A DNA stretch of 64,000 nt. It comes from an uncultured Chlamydiae bacterium (GTDB lineage Bacteria > Chlamydiota > Chlamydiia > Chlamydiales > Parachlamydiaceae). The notes under the pieces were generated by a model that was not told the origin of the DNA, searched no databases, and worked only from the letters and a program-made list of their open reading frames with translations. Shown here in pieces: positions 58,023 through 64,000 of this stretch. Each line of letters starts with the position of its first letter. The stretch's first letter is position 1. Made by a program: the position numbers and the translations under genes. The stretch spans positions 15,024 to 79,023 of the forward strand of contig CAWHMU010000016.1 in the NCBI GenBank assembly GCA_963830365.1. Direction: 5' to 3'.

Positions 58023-58098
58023 AGGATATTTTTGTTTGCGCTCTGTTAAAGCCTCTAATATACTCCAGCTACATCATTTCAACAACGGAATTAAAGTT

Positions 58099-58656
58099 TT
58101 GACAAAACACCATCTCGATTACTTTTGGAAAGACGGCCTGCCTTGCGGACTATCTGCCGTCATGACACACCCGCCGGCGGGGCTGACCTACAAGCTCGTC
58201 TCAGACCCCTATCACAAACGGAATTCCATCGAGAAATATCTGCATGGGGACTTTGTAGAGGTGGTTTACGACTCGGCCCTGTTCGACTTCCGCCATCTGA
58301 AACCGGCCCTGCAAACCACCTGGCAAAAGACGACGATCAGCGAAACGGCACAAAGTATGGTATGCCATATCCGCAATCAGGATGACCGGCTGATTCTGGT
58401 TGAAGAATATCACTTTGAAAACAACCTATGCCGGCAGTGCCGCGCCAGCTCGCCGCACGGCAGCCTGCTATCGGTACAAAAGATCTTCTATGAAGCTTTA
58501 AACGACCCCTTCAACGGAGTGGTGCTGTATGACAGCAACGCCCATGCCGTCATCTGCAAGCGCTACCTGTGGGATAGCACCACCCATGAATTTTCAGAGC
58601 TGACAGAAGAGCTTTGGGACATGTCGAAGGCACATAAATATACTGTAAAGACATAA
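58099..58656 (+). CDS. Hypothetical protein
   Basis: Open frame filling the gap, divergent from ogt; start (TTG 58099) uncertain. Confidence 0.55.
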   Translation: MTKHHLDYFWKDGLPCGLSAVMTHPPAGLTYKLVSDPYHKRNSIEKYLHGDFVEVVYDSALFDFRHLKPALQTTWQKTTISETAQSMVCHIRNQDDRLILVEEYHFENNLCRQCRASSPHGSLLSVQKIFYEALNDPFNGVVLYDSNAHAVICKRYLWDSTTHEFSELTEELWDMSKAHKYTVKT

Positions 58657-58658
58657 AC

Positions 58659-61600
58659 GTGCCCGTGCCCGATGTGCTAGATCAAAAATGAATATGGCCT
58701 AAGCATCCTATTCCCTTACATCAGTATAGTGTTGCTAAGCGCCGCAGGAGCGACCATATTTGTAGCCCACGGTGTAGCGCCAATGGCGCAAACCGTGGGT
58801 CACCATCCACAATAAATCAGCCCCAAGGGGGCGATATAATTCCTTCGCTTTCATCAACAGAGGTTAAAAATCCGAGAATGCCATGATAACGCCCCCTTGG
58901 GGCTGATTTACTTTTGTTTCTACCCACAGTTTGCGCCGTTGGCGCTATACTGTGGGCTACAAATATGACCGCTCCTAAGGAGCTCGGCAGCAAACATATA
59001 ATGACTTAAGGGGAATAGGATGCGCGCCCGATGTGCTAGATCAAGAATGAATATGGCCTAAGCATCCTATTCCCTTACATCCGTATCGTGTTGCTAAGCG
59101 CCGCAGGAGCGACCATATTTGTAGCCCACGGTGTAGCGCCAACGGCGCAAACCGTGGGTCACCATCCACAATAAATCAGCCCCAAGGGGGCGATATAATT
59201 CCTTCGCTTTCATCAACAGAGGTTAAAAATCCGAGAATGCCATGATAACGCCCCCTTGGGGCTGATTTACTTTTGTTTCTACCCACAGTTTGCGCCGTTG
59301 GCGCGATACTGTGGGCTACAAATATGACCGCTCCTAAGGAGCTCGGCAGCAAACATATAATAACTTAAGGAATAGGATGCGTGCCCGTGCCCATGCCCGA
59401 TGTGCTAGATCAAGAATGAATATGGCCTAAGCATCCTATTCCCTTACATGAGTATAGTGTTGCTAAGCGCCGCAGGAGCGACCATATTTGTAGCCCACGG
59501 TGTAGCGCCAACGGCGCAAACCGTGGGTCACCATCCACAATAAATCAGCCCCAAGGGGGCGATATAATTCCTTCGCTTTCATCAACAGAGGTTAAAAATC
59601 CGAGAATGCCATGATAACGCCCCCTTGGGGCTGATTTACTTTTGTTTCTACCCACGGTTTGCGCCGTTGGCGCTATACTGTGGGCTACAAATATGACCGC
59701 TCCTAAGGAGCTCGGCAGCAAACATATAATGACTTAAGGGGAATAGGATGCGTGCCCGATGTGCGTGCCCGTGCCCATGCCCGATGTGCTAGCTCAAGAA
59801 TGAATATGGCCTAAGCATCCTATCCCCTTACATCCGTATCGTGTTGCTAAGCGCCGCAGGAGCGACCATATTTGTAGCCCACGGTGTAGCGCCAATGGCG
59901 CAAACCGTGGGTCACCATCCACAATAAATCAGCCCCAAGGGGGCGATATAATTCCTTCGCTTTCATCAACAGAGGTTAAAAATCCGAGAATGCCATGATA
60001 ACGCCCCCTTGGGGCTGATTTACTTTTGTTTCTACCCACAGTTTGCGCCGTTGGCGCTATACTGTGGGCTACAAATATGACCGCTCCTAAGGAGCTCGGC
60101 AGCAAACATATAATGACTTAAGGGGAATAGGATGCGTGCCCGATGTGCGTGCCCGTGCCCATGCCCGATGTGCTAGCTCAAGAATGAATATGGCCTAAGC
60201 ATCCTATCCCCTTACATCCGTATCGTGTTGCTAAGCGCCGCAGGAGCGACCATATTTGTAGCCCACGGTGTAGCGCCAATGGCGCAAACCGTGGGTCACC
60301 ATCCACAATAAATCAGCCCCAAGGGGGCGATATAATTCCTTCGCTTTCATCAACAGAGGTTAAAAATCCGAGAATGCCATGATAACGCCCCCTTGGGGCT
60401 GATTTACTTTTGTTTCTACCCACAGTTTGCGCCGTTGGCGCTATACTGTGGGCTACAAATATGACCGCTCCTAAGGAGCTCAGCAGCAAACATATAATAA
60501 CTTAAGGGGAATAGGATGCGCGCCCGATGTGCGTGCCCGATGTGCATGCCCGTGCCCGATGTACTAGATCAAAAATGAATATGGCCTAAGCATCCTATTC
60601 CCTTACTTCCGTATAGTGTTGCTAAGCGCCGCAGGAGCGACCATATTTGTAGCCCACGGTGTAGCGCCAACGGCGCAAACCGTGGGTCACCATCCACAAT
60701 AAATCAGCCCCAAGGGGGCGATATAATTCCTTCGCTTTCATCAACAGAGGTTAAAAATCCGAGAATGCAATTATAACGCCCCCTTGGGGCTGATTTATTG
60801 TGGATGGTGACCCACGGTTTGCGCCGTTGGCGCTATACTGTGGGCTACAAATATGACCGCTCCTAAGGAGCTCAGCAGCAAACATATAATAACTTAAGGG
60901 GAATAGGATGCGCGCCCGATGTGCGTGCCCGATGTGCGTGCCCGAGCCCGATGTGCTAGTTCAAGAATGAATATGGCCTAAGCATCCTATTCCCTTACAT
61001 GAGTATAGTGTTGCTAAGCGCCGCAGGAGCGACCATATTTGTAGCCCACGGTGTAGCGCCAACGGCGCAAACCGTGGGTCACCATCCACAATAAATCAGC
61101 CCCAAGGGGGCGATATAATTCCTTCGCTTTCATCAACAGAGGTTAAAAATCCGAGAATGCCATGATAACGGCCCCTTGGGGCTGATTTACTTTTGTTTCT
61201 ACCCACAGTTTGCGCCGTTGGCGCTATACTGTGGGCTACAAATATGACCGCTCCTAAGGAGCTCGGCAGCAAACATATAATGACTTAAGGGGAATAGGAT
61301 GCGCGCCCGATGTGCGTGCCCGTGCCCATGCCCGATGTGCTAGATCAAGAATGAATATGGCCTAAGCATCCTATTCCCTTACATCCGTATCGTGTTGCTA
61401 AGCGCCGCAGGAGCGACCATATTTGTAGCCCACGGTGTAGCGCCAACGGCGCAAACCGTGGGTCACCATCCACAATAAATCAGCCCCAAGGGGGCGATAT
61501 AATTCCTTCGCTTTCATCAACAGAGGTTAAAAATCCGAGAATGCAATGATAACGCCCCCTTGGGGCTGATTTACTTTTGTTTCTACCCACAGTTTGCGCC

Positions 61601-64000
61601 GTTGGCGCTATACTGTGGGCTACAAATATGACAGCTCCTAAGGAGCTCAGCAGCAAACATATAATAACTTAAGGGGAATAGGATGCGCGCCCGATGTGCG
61701 TGCCCGTGCCCATGCCCGATGTGCTAGCTCAAGAATAAATATGGCCTAAGCATCCTATCCCCTTACATCCGTATCGTGTTGCTAAGCGCCGCAGGAGCGA
61801 CCATATTTGTAGCCCACGGTGTAGCGCCAACGGCGCAAACCGTGGGTCACCATCCACAATAAATCAGCCCCAAGGGGGCGATATAATTCCTTCGCTTTCA
61901 TCAACAGAGGTTAAAAATCCGAGAATGCAATGATAACGCCCCCTTGGGGCTGATTTACTTTTGTTTCTACCCACAGTTTGCGCCGTTGGCGCTATACTGT
62001 GGGCTAAAAATATGACCGCTCCTAAGGAGCTCGGCAGCAAACATATAATGACTTAAGGGAAATAGCATGCGTGCCCGATGTGCGTGCTCGTGCCCGTGCC
62101 CGATGTGCTAGCTCAAGAATGAATATGGCCTAAGCATCCTATTCCCTTACATCAGTATAGTGTTGCTAAGCGCCGCAGGAGCGACCATATTTGTAGCCCA
62201 CGGTGTAGCGCCAACGGCGCAAACCGTGGGTCACCATCCACAATAAATCAGCCCCAAGGGGGCGATATAATTCCTTCGCTTTCATCAACAGAGGTTAAAA
62301 ATCCGAGAATGCAATGATAACGCCCCCTTGGGGCTGATTTACTTTTGTTTCTACCCACAGTTTGCGCCGTTGGCGCTATACTGTGGGCTACAAATATGAC
62401 CGCTCCTAAGGAGCTCGGCAGCAAACATATAATAACTTAAGGGGAATAGGATGCGCGCCCGATGTGCGTGCCCGTGCCCATGCCCGATGTGCTAGCTCAA
62501 GAATAAATATGGCCTAAGCATCCTATCCCCTTACATCCGTATCGTGTTGCTAAGCGCCGCAGGAGCGACCATATTTGTAGCCCACGGTGTAGCGCCAATG
62601 GCGCAAACCGTGGGTCACCATCCACAATAAATCAGCCCCAAGGGGGCGATATAATTCCTTCGCTTTCATCAACAGAGCTTAAAAATCCGAGAATGCAATG
62701 ATAACGCCCCATTGGGGCTGATTTACTTTTGTTTATACCCACAGTTTGCGCCGTTGGCGCTATACTGTGGGCTACAAATATGACCGCTCCTAAGGAGCTC
62801 GGCAGCAAACATATAATGACTTAAGGGAAATAGGATGCGCGCCCGATGTGCGTGCTCGTGCCCGTGCCCGATGTGCTAGTTCAAGAATGAATATGGCCTA
62901 AGCATCCTATTCCCTTACATCCGTATCGTGTTGCTAAGCGCCGCAGGAGCGACCATATTTGTAGCCCACGGTGTAGCGCCAACGGCGCAAACCGTGGGTC
63001 ACCATCCACAATAAATCAGCCCCAAGGGGGCGATATAATTCCTTCGCTTTCATCAACAGAGGTTAAAAATCCGAGAATGCCATGATAACGCCCCCTTGGG
63101 GCTGATTTACTTTTGTTTCTACCCACGGTTTGCGCCGTTGGCGCTATACTGTGGGCTACAAATATGACCGCTCCTAAGGAGCTCAGCAGCAAACATATAA
63201 TAACTTAAGGGGAATAGGATGCGCGCCCGATGTGCGTGCCCGATGTGCATGCCCGTGCCCGATGTGCTAGCTCAAGAATAAATATGGCCTAAGCATCCTA
63301 TTCCCTTACATGAGTATAGTGTTGCTAAGCGCCGCAGGAGCGACCATATTTGTAGCCCACGGTGTAGCGCCAACGGCGCAAACCGTGGGTTACCATCCAC
63401 AATAAATCAGCCCCAAGGGGGCGATATAATTCCTTCGCTTTCATCAACAGAGGTTAAAAATCCGAGAATGCAATGATAACGCCCCCTTGGGGCTGATTTA
63501 CTTTTGTTTCTACCCACAGTTTGCGCCGTTGGCGCTATACTGTGGGCTACAAATATGACCGCTCCTAAGGAGCTCGGCAGCAAACATATAATGACTTAAG
63601 GGGAATAGGATGCATGCCCGATGTGCGTGCCCGATGTGCGTGCTCGTGCCCGTGCCCGATGTGCTAGATCAAGAATGAATATGGCCTAAGCATCCTATTC
63701 CCTTACATCCGTATAGTGTTGCTAAGCGCCGCAGGAGCGACCATATTTGTAGCCCACGGTGTAGCGCCAACGGCGCAAACCGTGGGTCACCATCCACAAT
63801 AAATCAGCCCCAAGGGGGCGATATAATTCCTTCGCTTTCATCAACAGAGGTTAAAAATCCGAGAATGCCATGATAACGCCCCCTTGGGGCTGATTTACTT
63901 TTGTTTCTACCCACGGTTTGCGCCGTTGGCGCTATACTGTGGGCTACAAATATGACCGCTCCTAAGGAGCTCGGCAGCAAACATATAATGACTTAAGGGG
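58659..64000. repeat. Tandem array of at least 14 palindromic REP-doublet-like units (359-397 bp), running off the window end
   Basis: Marker aatatggcctaagcatcc at 58691, 59050, 59419, 59803, 60187, 60578, 60970, 61354, 61738, 62122, 62506, 62890, 63281, 63678; no ORF of 60 aa or more in the track. Confidence 0.97.

Noticed and set aside
58850..58867. IHF site in the unit loop, as in E. coli BIME-1/RIP
   Set aside because: catcaacagaggtt does not fit WATCAANNNNTTR; both the first base and the TTR spacing are wrong.
58659..64000. CRISPR array
   Set aside because: Units are ~385 bp, loops are essentially constant, linkers are low-complexity, there are no unique spacers and no cas genes in the window.
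58659..64000. Repeat-protein gene (384 bp = 128 codons)
   Set aside because: The track has no ORF of 60 aa or more here, and several unit lengths (359, 391, 392, 397) are not multiples of three.

Overview
This window looks like chromosomal DNA of an environmental chlamydia (Parachlamydiales-like), inferred from an euo-tsp-gltX block, dnaX-ybaB-hisS-aspS-mip-trmL and an SNF2 helicase region. Accessory loci: (i) a thioesterase-less reducing type I PKS divergent from a type III PKS/methyltransferase/flavoprotein operon, whose last gene has a +1 frameshift in a C8 run; (ii) a persulfide-handling trio; (iii) a complete N-type (Na+) ATPase operon; (iv) a CopA Cu-ATPase. Intergenic DNA is packed with non-autonomous MITE/REP-like elements. 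Many have readable terminal inverted repeats (TIRs) and target-site duplications (TSDs), some are nested up to four deep, and several have a matching empty site inside the window. No transposase is encoded here. The most striking feature is the last 5.3 kb (58659 to the window end). It is a non-coding tandem array of at least 14 near-identical 359-397 bp units, each a ~135-bp-arm inverted repeat built from GTAG-footed REP-like palindromes. The array shows modular linkers, mosaic SNPs, compensatory covariation and one arm-to-arm conversion event, and a dispersed repeat family in the window uses the same structural grammar. All calls come from reading the sequence and motifs; no database searches were run.
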